64,000 bases of DNA, taken from Chrysomallon squamiferum. Taxonomy: Eukaryota > Animalia > Mollusca. Positions 13,507 to 24,976 of the stretch are shown piece by piece. The notes beneath the pieces were generated by a model, which saw only the letters and a program-made list of their open reading frames with translations, searched no databases and had not been told where the DNA came from. A program made the translations under genes and the position numbers. Positions within the stretch are counted from its first letter, which is position 1; each line of letters opens with the position of its first letter. The stretch is taken from assembly GCA_012295275.1 (NCBI GenBank), contig CM022677.1, positions 12,896,001-12,960,000 of the forward strand. The letters run 5' to 3'.

Positions 13507-14770
13507 CATGATATAAAATGCAGTTATGATACAAGATTCTAACATCTGTTACAAAATGCAACTTCCTACATTAAATCAAATTAAACTTTATTAGGTTTAG
13601 AATAATAAGAAAAGAAACTCAAATTCACATGTTCAGTATTTTTTCTCTTTTCCAATGGCAGCAGTACAAACTTTATCCTCAGTGCTGGACAGCATCTTCT
13701 GCTGAAACAACTTCACTAGACAACATCTGCACATCAGTTAGAGCTGTATGTGCATATTGAAAATAAAAGTACAAATGAAATAATGAAAATAATAAAGTGT
13801 TATAAACAAATAACTAATATATTATTAAAATATATATGATATTATTAAAATTTAAATTCTACTGGTACCAGTTACTGGATTATTCAGACAAAGAGGTGTG
13901 GGATATTTTTGATATACTTTGATATACATGATAATAATGATAATGGCAATTTTTAAAAAAGTAACAAAACTATAGCAAATAAATGATTATTACAATCAGT
14001 AAAGAGTTATTACTATAAAACTTCTTTTACTTCCTAAGAAGTAAAAATAAGATAAAAACTTACAACTTGGAATTGTGCAGTATGCAGTGTCTGTACAGCT
14101 GATTCATCCTTCTCCTTAACATAAATTCCCTTTCTAGACAGCAACTAAACAATACTGCCATGACCTACATAAAATATTTTTGTGATGATGAAGTAGGGGA
14201 CAGGGACCTGGGTGCATTGGTACCACTCTAAATCAGGTACAGGACTAGCCCGGTCATTTGAATTGTCAATATGGTGAGACATCACTCTCATGAATGTTGC
14301 CTTCCAGAGAATCATCTTGTTCTGCTGCAGCTACAGCCTCTGTTTTCTTTATCTTCTCATCCAGCTTCATTCTCAGAGCAGCAAGCTCAGACGTCACCTA
14401 ATGCTCAACTTCCTGACTGTTGTCTTTGCACACTGCCAATCCAGTCATCTATCAAGTTGTTTTGTTTGGCAGCGTAGCAGATGAAGTGTTTTTACCAGCA
14501 TCAGCTTGTTTTCACAAGAACACAGACTTCAAATGCACTCTGCTCTTTCCTTCTTTTCCTGTCTATGCTGAATGTAAACCATCGATATATCATATTATAG
14601 CACTTGCACTCTACAGAGTGGGTCTGGTCAATGATTGTGTAGCTGGATAAGATATGTATAAAATATTTCACTCATATCTGATTTTTCATAGAAAATTCTT
14701 TAAATTCATTTGGAACATTTTCTCCTTATACTTTCTGCAATATCCATGCCAATGATGATTTTAATTGGTC
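13203..14770 (-). pseudogene. CAMSAP: CAMSAP/Patronin N-terminal region (pre-CH segment, start of CH domain, displaced CC1 piece), degenerate
   Basis: Exon 14064-14770 gives DQLKSSLAWILQKV*GENVPNEFKEF(fs)FYE and GHGSIV*LLSRKGIYVKEKDE (CAMSAP1: AKIAANLQWICAKAYG.DNIPEDLRDPFY, GHQSVIQALSRKGIYV). Exon ~13620-13757 gives AHTALTDVQM..SEVVSAEDAV (CAMSAP: AHMAMVDALM..VEMISIEKVV) and its acceptor reads CAA instead of CAG. Exon 13203-13330 gives PVMTDTLKYIGDGCTVAVVYSFYC (CH domain: PLLEDLMRDGSDGAALLAVIHYYC). Many stops and frameshifts. Confidence 0.88.
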
Positions 14771-15238
14771 CTGGAAAACATCAAAAATAAATAAATATTA
14801 ATAATGAAATGAAAAAGCAAATGAATAATAATAATAAAGACCTTATACATTCATGGGTTTATATTGTATGAGTTGAACATTTTGTAATACATATAGGTGT
14901 CATGAAGCAATTAATGTCAACCAGGTACATTATCTGTAGATACAGATGTAAATAGTTTTGGATGCCATAGTATTAGTCATATTATCTGCATAAGACACCT
15001 ACTTCAAAAAATAATCATATCAATAAACAAGTATTAGTAATGATAAGAAAAAGAAAATAAATAATAATAATAAAGATTAAAAAAATAATAATAAAAAATT
15101 TAACACAATAATAACAAAAAATAAGAAGATAAAAAAGAAGGAAGTAGAACAAAACAAAACAAAATGTAAATAAATTAAAATTGACAATTAAGAAAAAGAA
15201 GGGAAACAAAGAACAGTTATCACTGAGGATAACAAATT

Positions 15239-15285
<47 letters not shown>

Positions 15286-15630
15286 TTTAAATATTATTAT
15301 AACAAGTGATTTTATTAATATTTTACTAAACAGTGACTAAATATGAAATAACCTGGTCATATTTTTCTTAAATTTTTATTTATCTTTATTAGTTTTTAAT
15401 GTTAACATAGAGTTATAAAGTTATTTAGCTTAAATAATGAAACCAGTTATGGCCCCATCCATTATAACCTTTAATATGTTTAAAAAAATCAATTAAATAT
15501 GTTTAATAATGTATAGAGCATGAATTTAACATGAATTTAAAAAAAAAGAAAATCATAAAAAAACTGACAGAAAACATGAAAAACAAAATTAGCATATGTT
15601 TTTAAAAAGTTTTATTAGTTTATTTCAAAA

Positions 15631-15685
<55 letters not shown>

Positions 15686-15955
15686 TAAATTAATTAATAA
15701 ATAAATCCTTTGACAGTCGACACATAGTTGTCGTGTGATGTGTGCTACACAAGTCAATTTATTTTTAAACAAATTTAATTACTGGTCACACACAATTTGC
15801 ACCCGATATATCATACAGTGATTGGTAAAACAAAATTAAAGACTAAACATGATTTCTTATTTACATGACGTTGTTTATGCTGTTCACATTAGTACAACCA
15901 CTGGTGAATTTTATTACTAATCGAGTGTCGTTATTTGCAAAAAAAAAATTGAAAA

Positions 15956-15986
<31 letters not shown>

Positions 15987-16098
15987 ATATTATTCCAAAA
16001 TAAGATGGCTGCCATCACGTGTATGACTTTTAAATTATAATTAAATAAAACGAAAAATATCCAAACACATTAACAACAATAATAATAAATAGTAATAC

Positions 16099-16250
16099 CT
16101 GTCTCCTTCACAAAATGAAATACATTAAGCAACTTTTTTGTTGCATGATAATGCGATTATCCCAATGCTGTAGAATATTCTTCGAACATCCAACAAGAAA
16201 GTAAATCCGCAAAGACAGAAATCATCCCGCATTTTTCCGCAAATAAGATA
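16099..16250 (-). other. Orphan exon-like segment 5' of the CAMSAP fragment; inverted copy at 29709-29858 (+)
   Basis: PolyT-TAG acceptor and CAG|GTATT donor; all three frames contain stops. It lies inside the inverted duplication. Confidence 0.45.
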
Positions 16251-16332
16251 CTAAAAAAAAAAAAAAAAAAAAAAGATATTAAATTTATGTTCAAAAAAAA
16301 AAAAATAATAATAATAAATCGATGTGGTTCTT

Positions 16333-16377
<45 letters not shown>

Positions 16378-16599
16378 TTATTATTAGCCAATCGTTCACC
16401 GTAAACTTCAAATAAACGGTGTTGTTATTTTTTTAACCTACTTTTTTTTTCTTCTTATAATTTATATTAATGCACCAAATAAAACCACAAAGCTTACAAC
16501 TCACACTAGAATAAGTTGCTTATTATTGTCCAGGAATTTACCAATACATCTGAAAACATCTGCTCTGAAAAAAATAAAAAATATTCTTTTTCCTTTCAT

Positions 16600-18288
16600 T
16601 AAGTATGACAGTTCGTGTCCACATCCTACGTTAACAAATATCATTACGCTTTCTATTAATGAGGACGTCATTGCCGTCGTTCCAGTATTGTTCTTAACGT
16701 CTTGGTGTACATCTCGTTATTCTTTTTCGCTTTTTATTCGCTGTTCTCTTATTTTGTGGCCGTGCGCCTCCTGTATTTCTATTAATGTCGCCGTCGCTAC
16801 CGTCGTAACGGCATTGTTTTCATTTTTATTAACTATTATTCATACTTGTTTTAATGTTCAAATCTTACACTAAAATGCATTATTACCATTTCTATCAATA
16901 TCACCATCGTCGCCGTCGTAACGGCGTTGTTTCTAGCTTTCGTAGAGGTCTCATTATTCTTTAGCTTTTTTTATTAATCGTTCCTCATACTTTCTGAGCG
17001 GGCGAATCACCTATTGAAATATGTTATTGTGATTTCTACTAATGTCGCCGTCGTTGACATGGTACGAACGCGGTTCCTAAAGTTACTCCTCATCATTCCT
17101 TTTAGCTTTTTTATTCGTCATTGCCGTCATTGCCGTCGTTCCAGTATTGTTCTTAGCGTCTTGGTGTACACCTGATTATTGCGTAGATGGGGAAATGGAT
17201 CACTGAAAAGAAGTTGCTGCAATGTAAGATTAATGTTCAGCAGACACAAAGACACACACAGATACTTGACTCAGGGTCATGAAAATATCACTTGCAGTTT
17301 TAACGCAGTCATCACTATCTGTATTAGACGTCATTAGTTTCTCAACAGAGGTGTAGCGGTAATATTAACACACTGTTTTAGAAAATACAGCGTATGTTGT
17401 TTTTTAATGTAATGTGATAATTTTACTAATTCTAAATCGTGAACTAAAAAGGTGTAATTTTTCTGTACGTCGAACACTACATAAAATATTGATAATCACA
17501 TATAATCTATTAGATATTAATGACAATCAAAAATGATAATTTTACATGGCATAATGAAAATAACCGGCTTAATTACGTGTAAAAAGAAAAAGGTGAAAAT
17601 CAACTGCTAGTTGAGCGGTGATTTTTACTGTTAAGTATGTTGAGAAATGTTAATGGTCAGATTTTGTTAATATCGTACAGGTTACATTTAAACATCTCTG
17701 AGTTAATTCCCTGGAATCACGACAGTTTATAGTGATTAGCTGAGAACAAACAAGGTTAACATGTTGTTTTATTATGATAATTGAAAATTTTTTTTCATTA
17801 CATTCAAGGTGTACATCAGCGCAAGTTGTATAGTGTAATATACTTTAGATTTCATATTATACCTGAAGTTCTCTTATTACATTAGATTATTAGTATAACC
17901 GCTCCACCAGTAATAATCTACATAACAAGCATTGTATTTGTCAATAATAGAACAATGACAAAAATAATAACACCTTAATATCGCGCCTTCTCGCTTCTTT
18001 ATTATTATTATTTTATTTTATTTTTTTCTGTAAAAACGGAAGGTTAATTTTAGGTTAATCATCTAATTTCATGTAGAGAGAGATGTAAATTATGTCGCGG
18101 AATCTCATGTTATTATGGTCATACAAATAAAATAACACATATTGTCAGTAACATCAATACAATCTTCATCTAGCATATCACGCTTTTCGGTATAGTCCTG
18201 TTTCTGTTAATAATAAAATATCTTAATATGAAAGACCATCATTTTTCAGTATACAACGAGAAGGACATTAATTTTTGGGAAAAACAAA

Positions 18289-18335
<47 letters not shown>

Positions 18336-18699
18336 TCAATGTAATGTGTTGTATAGCTAATAACATTACCGAAGGAATCCTATTTTTCATTGAAAATGTG
18401 CACGGCATATTAAGAATTAAATTTTAATAACGTGAATATAATTTTAATATTAATATTTCGTCTAAAGAACATATTCGTATTTAGATGTGGAACGAACATA
18501 TTACTCTTCTGTTTTACGTTAATTTCACAAAATCATTCATAACGTTAATGTCGTTTATAATAAAATATTTCATTTTTCTAAGACAGAGAATTCTTTTTGA
18601 TCAGGTTTGATGAATTCATAACAAACATTAAAATATTTAACTCAATCTCAGTTTTGTCGTATAAACAGCTGTGGTGTTAGCTGAAGGCGTTTTTCTTTC

Positions 18700-18740
<41 letters not shown>

Positions 18741-18848
18741 TTTTTTTTTATTTTGTAGTATTTAACTCTACGAAAGTAAGAATAACAGTTACTGAAAAAG
18801 ACAACATAACTAGGAGTACAACGCAGGCACGACTTCAATGATGGCGAC

Positions 18849-18902
<54 letters not shown>

Positions 18903-19440
18903 GCGCGAAGAACAACAGCTGCGGTGACGTTAATAGTAACAATAATAATGTATTTTAATATAGTTTAACAAAGTTATTAACATGCGCAACAGGATAAAGA
19001 GAAGTAAACCAAAAACGTTAAGAACAATGCAGCCACGACGGCAATGATACCGTCATTAACAGAAAAAAAAGTAATAGTACTGGTAATAATAATATATTGT
19101 AATACAGGAAGCGCACATAAAAAAATGATAATAATAGTTAATGAAAAGCACAATAATTAAACTACACAACGCAGGTACGACGTCGACATGAATACAAATA
19201 GCAACAATATATTTTTTAATAGGATCTACACACTAAGAAATTTAGGACAGCGATTAATAAAAATCCTCAAAAGAATAATGACAAAGACATAAATATCGTG
19301 CAGGACAACGCAGACAACAGTAATAGTAATAATAATACTATTTTTTCATATAGGGTGCGCACAGTACAATAGTTTATAAAAATCGAAACCACACGCAGCA
19401 TCAACATTTGTAACAATGACAACGGTATCGAGAGTATGCA
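16600..19440. mobile_element. CpG-rich dispersed repeat family with ~120-bp subunits (tttctattaatgtcgccgtcgtaacggcgttgttc...); probable non-autonomous element
   Basis: Subunits face + at ~16640-17180 and are inverted at ~18800-19440. Related sequence occurs at 26640-29340, 38090-38240, 47560-48990 and 61560-62960, including the shared block aacagaggtgtagcggtaatatta at ~17345, ~38168 and ~62685. Confidence 0.7.
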
Positions 19441-19537
19441 ATAACGTTACAGCTAAATTAAAGTTGTTCACTTTCACCAGCTACTGAAACCAGACACATC
19501 AATAGCAAACAGGGGAGCATTGTCAGGATATACTTAC

Positions 19538-19816
19538 ATCGAATGATAAATCTCGTGTGGTAATAGCATAAACTGAACTCAGGCAACAACAACAACGTGT
19601 CAGAATGACATCCCCTCTAAAACTGGTTGTGTGCAAAGTCCCCTGATGTAGACTGAACCGTTGTGCGTGTCCATCAAAACCATGCCACATTGGTCAAATT
19701 GGTCTGACTTCACATCTATAACTCCATGTTCAGTAACATGTGGTTCCAATGGTTCAAGGACTCTGACTAGAAGAAGAGTATGTAACAATGAGGTACTGGA
19801 GGTTGTGGTCCTCAGT
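19538..19816 (-). pseudogene. Orphan coding-like exon (LRTTTSSTSLLHTLLLVRVLEPLEPHVTEHGVIDVKSD..GSVYIRGLCTQPVLEGMSF*); copy at 26255-26533 (+)
   Basis: ttttttctaattcag acceptor, GTAAG donor and a ~70-codon frame open in both arms. A second degenerate exon-like segment lies at ~20560-20830 (-) / 25240-25512 (+). Confidence 0.5.
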
Positions 19817-21183
19817 CTGAATTAGAAAAAAATAAAACAAAAGCATATTCTTGAGAATAAGAAAGGCTGATAAATCTTAACAGATAAAAAGAGATCCTCA
19901 ATCATGTCGTGTTAAATATGGGCATCGTGGACTGATTATAAACAGATTGGTCTTTGTTCACTGACACGTGTAGGCAGTGGGCAGATGTGGAACCAAATCA
20001 CCAGTAATAACAGAATTACCAAGTCTTGTTCAGCTAATGTTCCTTGTCCTTCATAAATTATTATAGTTCAATTTTTTATTCTTTTTCTTCACAGCTCGTG
20101 CAGTTGTATGCAAGGTAAGTAAATGTGTCTTTTAAATATCTGAATTTTTAAATATCTGAATAATTAAATGTGAATTTTAACTGATGGAAAATAAATAGAT
20201 ATTTCTTTTCATTTGATTAACTGATCATAATGACTACAAGATGTTGTTCCAGAACAAACCACAATACACAAACAAAAACACACACATACCCACACAGTTT
20301 ATCATTCTGTAAAAGATAAGCACGTTTTGGAAAAAGATGACTTTTCTCATTAAATACCACAATGTGGAGACGTTACTCTGCTAAAACTCCTGTGTGATTG
20401 TGTTATTTGATGTTATGTTTTTAAATTTATTTAATCAAACATTTGTGTCTATTTATTTGTTTGAATTAAAGTTTTTCACTGTTGCTATCATGCTGTTTTT
20501 AAGTGTAAATTCAATTTTTAATTCATTGAATGTGTCATGTAGCTTTAGGTGTTTACTTGCAGAATTTGGACAGAGAACTAAGTAATGTTTCATGGTTTCA
20601 GAAATTCCACAGCTACAGTTTGGTGTTGTGTTTATTTTGTGTTTGAATTTGATTGTGTTTAGATTGGTGGAGTAGCTGATTCTGAGTTTTGTAAGGTTGT
20701 TTTGTAGTTTGTTACTAAAATGATTTTGGGTTTTGATGATGAAAGGTGTAACTAATGCTTATTTTAATTGATTATCAATTGCTGATTGCAACATTCACCC
20801 ACTCCAGTCTCCATTTCAATATGGCTGACTGTTGTTTAAAAACTAGACTGTAGTGAAAGGTGAGTTTTAAAACTAGATTGTAGTGAAAGGTGAGTTTTAA
20901 AGGGTTGATCAGGGTTGACATAAAACTGTGTTTTCAGAATACAGTTTAATACTTTATTTATTTGTTTAGTTATTTTTTATTTTATCCTGTCTACATTCCT
21001 TATTGTTCTGATAATAAAAAATCAGTAAATAAAATAATTTATTGTTTCATTTGATAGAATATGTTTCTTCTTTTTAATTGTTATAATTAATTTATACTAC
21101 TATTATTTTTTAATAGGGTTATAATTATTATTATTATTATTATTATTATTTTTTTTTTATTACTGTATCTCATTTTTTATTAA

Positions 21184-21218
<35 letters not shown>

Positions 21219-21694
21219 TTATATAGGTCTAAGTGTGTTTTTCTTGTAACTTTTAACATTTTTTAAGGTCTTATTTTATTAATAAAAAAATTGAATGGAT
21301 GGTGATTTAAGAGTAAGATAACATTTTAGGTTCACTTCATTTTATTAAAAATATAATATGGTTACAATACAGTTAACACAGGATTATTTGAATGATATTA
21401 CAATACATTTTAAAAACCATTTTAGAGTAACAGTTAAGTTTTTATTCTTCATGCCATCTGTCATAGTTCTTTTTCTCTTTCTTCCACTTGTCTCTCTATT
21501 CTGGTTTTAAGACTCATGCTTAGCACATTTTTGTGCTGAGCTTAGAATAATAAAGAATTGAATTGAACCCACTAATGATGTTGCAAAGCATTAAACCTGC
21601 TTGACTAAATGACTAATTTGACAGTAACATATATGCATGTGTAAGAAACTTTGATTGTATAGTTTTGAGTTCTAGACATATATTTAAGTTACAG

Positions 21695-21894
21695 NNNNNN
21701 NNNNNNNNNNNNNNNNNNNNNNNNNNNNNNNNNNNNNNNNNNNNNNNNNNNNNNNNNNNNNNNNNNNNNNNNNNNNNNNNNNNNNNNNNNNNNNNNNNNN
21801 NNNNNNNNNNNNNNNNNNNNNNNNNNNNNNNNNNNNNNNNNNNNNNNNNNNNNNNNNNNNNNNNNNNNNNNNNNNNNNNNNNNNNNNNNNNNNN
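21695..21894. other. Scaffold gap (200 N)
   Basis: Run of exactly 200 N. Confidence 1.
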
Positions 21895-22686
21895 GTGTCT
21901 GTATTAGTGTATATATGTATTAGTATGGATTATGTGTACTTATATCTAAGTATGTATGTATGAGTACTTGTGCTTGTATTACTGAGTGTAAGTTTGGATC
22001 AATGCCAAATAAAATACTGGTTCAGAAAACATTATCTGAACTCCAAAAACAAATCTGATAATACAGACAATTTATCTAGAACTACTATGTGTGCTTTATG
22101 TTGTTTTTTACCTGCTGAAATTAAATAGCAATAAAAATTGAATAAAATACCTATTTATAATGAATTATATATATATTTTTTAAATAATTAGTTACTAATT
22201 TAAAATCAAACACACATTAAAATAGAAAAACATATTTCATAAACATACACAATTAAAAAAACTCATAATTCATCATAAACTAACACACACATATATGCAC
22301 ATACACATGTATACATATGCATACATATACAAAAAAATCCATACAAACACAGATACAAACACCCACAAACACACAGAAACACATACACACACAGACACTC
22401 AGACTTACATATATATAGACACACATACACCATACAAATGCAGACAAATTCACATACACACACATACAAACTTGCATACAAGACACATACACACTCACCA
22501 CACATACACAGAAACACACTCCCACACACACATACATACATACATACATAAAAACTCACTCTTACACATCATACAAAGATAATTATGTAGAAACAAAATG
22601 ACACATAGTACTATAAAGAGATAAGAGGTATATAAAAATATCACTTGTTTGTAAGTAAAAAGATGATGGAGGTAGAGCATGTGATA

Positions 22687-23055
22687 GAAAACAGCAGTAA
22701 CACAGTCAGAGAAAACACCAGTAACACAGTCAGTGAAAACACCAGTAACACAGTCAGTGAAAACACCAGTAACACAGTCAGAAAACACCAGTAACACAGT
22801 CAGTGAAAACACCAGTAACACAGTCAGTGAAAACACCAGTAACACAGTCAGTGAAAACACCAGTAACACAGTCAGTGAAAACACCAGTAACACAGTCAGT
22901 GAAAACAGCAGTAACACAGTCAGTGAAAACACCAGTAACACAGTCAGTGAAAACAGCAGTAACACAGTCAGTGAAAACACAGTTCAGTCAGAAACTAGCT
23001 TAAAGAGAACAGCAGCAGAAAGTGATGATGAAAACAGCAGTAACACAGTCAGCAA
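22687..23055 (+). repeat. 24-bp minisatellite (GAAAACACCAGTAACACAGTCAGT)n, about 13 copies
   Basis: Near-perfect tandem units that produce the ENTSNTVS / KTPVTQSV ORFs. Confidence 0.95.
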
Positions 23056-23203
23056 AAACAGTTCAGTCATGTGAAGAAAACAGAATCAAGTGATGATGAA
23101 ACAACTGCATTTCAACAGCAGATGTGAAAAAACAGAATAAGAGAGAAGACAAAAAGAAAAAAAGTAAACACTATGACAAATAATAATAATAACAATAATA
23201 ATC

Positions 23204-23234
<31 letters not shown>

Positions 23235-23631
23235 CAATAACAATAACAACAATAATTAATAAATAAAGAAATTGCATTTTGTTGCATTTTGATTTTGTCA
23301 TCTTTCTCAAAGAATTGTAAAAATAACATGTCTGATCAAGGGATATCACTACTTTCATGTAAAATTTCTTTGCATACTTTATCAGTTTGAAATAAGTCTT
23401 ATGAAGTCAAACAATTTTTTTAAGAAAGTTAATTTATTTCTGTACAGCTAATATTTTGTTAACTGTTTGTATATTTTAATACAAATATGAGATTCAATAC
23501 ATTACAAATAAACTCATTAGTTGATGATAGTTTGTCTTTAACTTATAGCATCTGTGCTATCTTAATCCAGCCCTGGCTGTAAACCAAATAATACAAATCT
23601 TTATAATACATATTGTTTTTAGTCACCATGG

Positions 23632-23796
23632 CAATATATATATTTCATTTACAGGTTGCTATGGCTATTTTTTACGTATTTTAAATAAAACTCTGTTTTC
23701 AGGGAATGTGGGTACAATATATATATTTCATTTACAGGTTGCTATGGCTATTTTTTATGTATTTTAAATAAAACTCTGTTTTCAGGGAATGTGGGT
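23632..23796 (+). repeat. ~82-bp tandem duplication containing splice-acceptor-like tracts
   Basis: tatatatatttcattt(t)acaggttgctatggc...ttttcagggaatgtgggta occurs twice. Confidence 0.85.
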
Positions 23797-23968
23797 AGAC
23801 TGGAGGCTGTACAAGGAAATGTGTGTCAGACTTACCCATTTTTATTTTACTTTTTATTTAATTATTTTATTTCTTTTAAAGATTTGAAATATGTACCCAA
23901 GTAAAAATATTAATTAATAATTTTTTTTTAAATATGACATAATACCTGACTTTGTACCTTCTTTATAA

Positions 23969-24006
<38 letters not shown>

Positions 24007-24409
24007 GAAATATCTCAACATTGTATTAAATATTATAAAAATAAAATAAAAATGTATTTCCCTTTTTATTGTTGTTATTTTATATAATTATTTTTAGAAT
24101 TGTATCAAATATTATTTATAATTTTTATTGTTGTTTTTTTATTAGAAAGAAATGTATCAACATTGAAATACTAATTTATTATTATATTGAGAGTTTTATT
24201 TCTTCTTTCATCACTATTGTTATCACATTAAATAATAATTAGAATAGCTTCATTTATCTTTTTGTTGTTGTTGAGTATTTTTATTTTTTTATTGTTGTTG
24301 TTTTTATAGTTATCACTATATCAGATTTTAGAATTAAATATACACATACACACACATATATACTATATAATGTATCTGTCTTATTCCTCTATTCAATATT
24401 CTGATCCAT

Positions 24410-24945
24410 CAGTAACTTAAATATATGTATAGAACTCAAAACTATACAATCAAAGTTTCTTACACATGCATATATGTTACTGTCAAATTAGTCATTTAGT
24501 CAAGCAGGTTTAATGCTTTGCAACATCATTAGTGGGTTCAATTCAATTCTTTATTATTCTAAGCTCAGCACAAAAATGTGCTAAGCATGAGTCTTAAAAC
24601 CAGAATAGAGAGACAAGTGGAAGAAAGAGAAAAAGAACTATGACAGATGGCATGAAGAATAAAAACTTAACTGTTACTCTAAAACTGGTTTTTAAAATGT
24701 ATTGTAATATCATTCAAATAATCCTGTGTTAACTGTATTGTAACCATATTATATTTTTAATAAAATGAAGTGAACCTAAAATGTTATCTTACTCTTAAAT
24801 CACCATCCATTCAATTTTTTTATTAATAAAATAAGACCTTAAAAAATGTTAAAAGTTACAAGAAAAACACAGACCTATATAAATATAAATAAATATATAT
24901 ATATATATAAAAAAATTAATAAAAAATGAGATACAGTAATAAAAA

Positions 24946-24976
<31 letters not shown>

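Larger units (their letters stand above)
15991..21694 (+). repeat. Left arm of ~5.7-kb inverted duplication, truncated by the scaffold gap
   Basis: tattccaaaataagatggctgcc at 15991 is the reverse complement of ...ggcagccatcttattttggaata ending at 29966. Colinear matches continue to ...gttctagacatatatttaagttacag at 21694. Mirrored ORFs occur at 19600/26283 and 20394/25485. Confidence 0.97.

Noticed and set aside
14271-14650. Plus-strand ORFs in the track (also 33873-34094, 34565-34816 and 43230-43964)
   Set aside because: They are antisense shadows of minus-strand pseudo-exons.
21665-21907. ORFs spanning N runs (also 37216-37491)
   Set aside because: They are gap artefacts.
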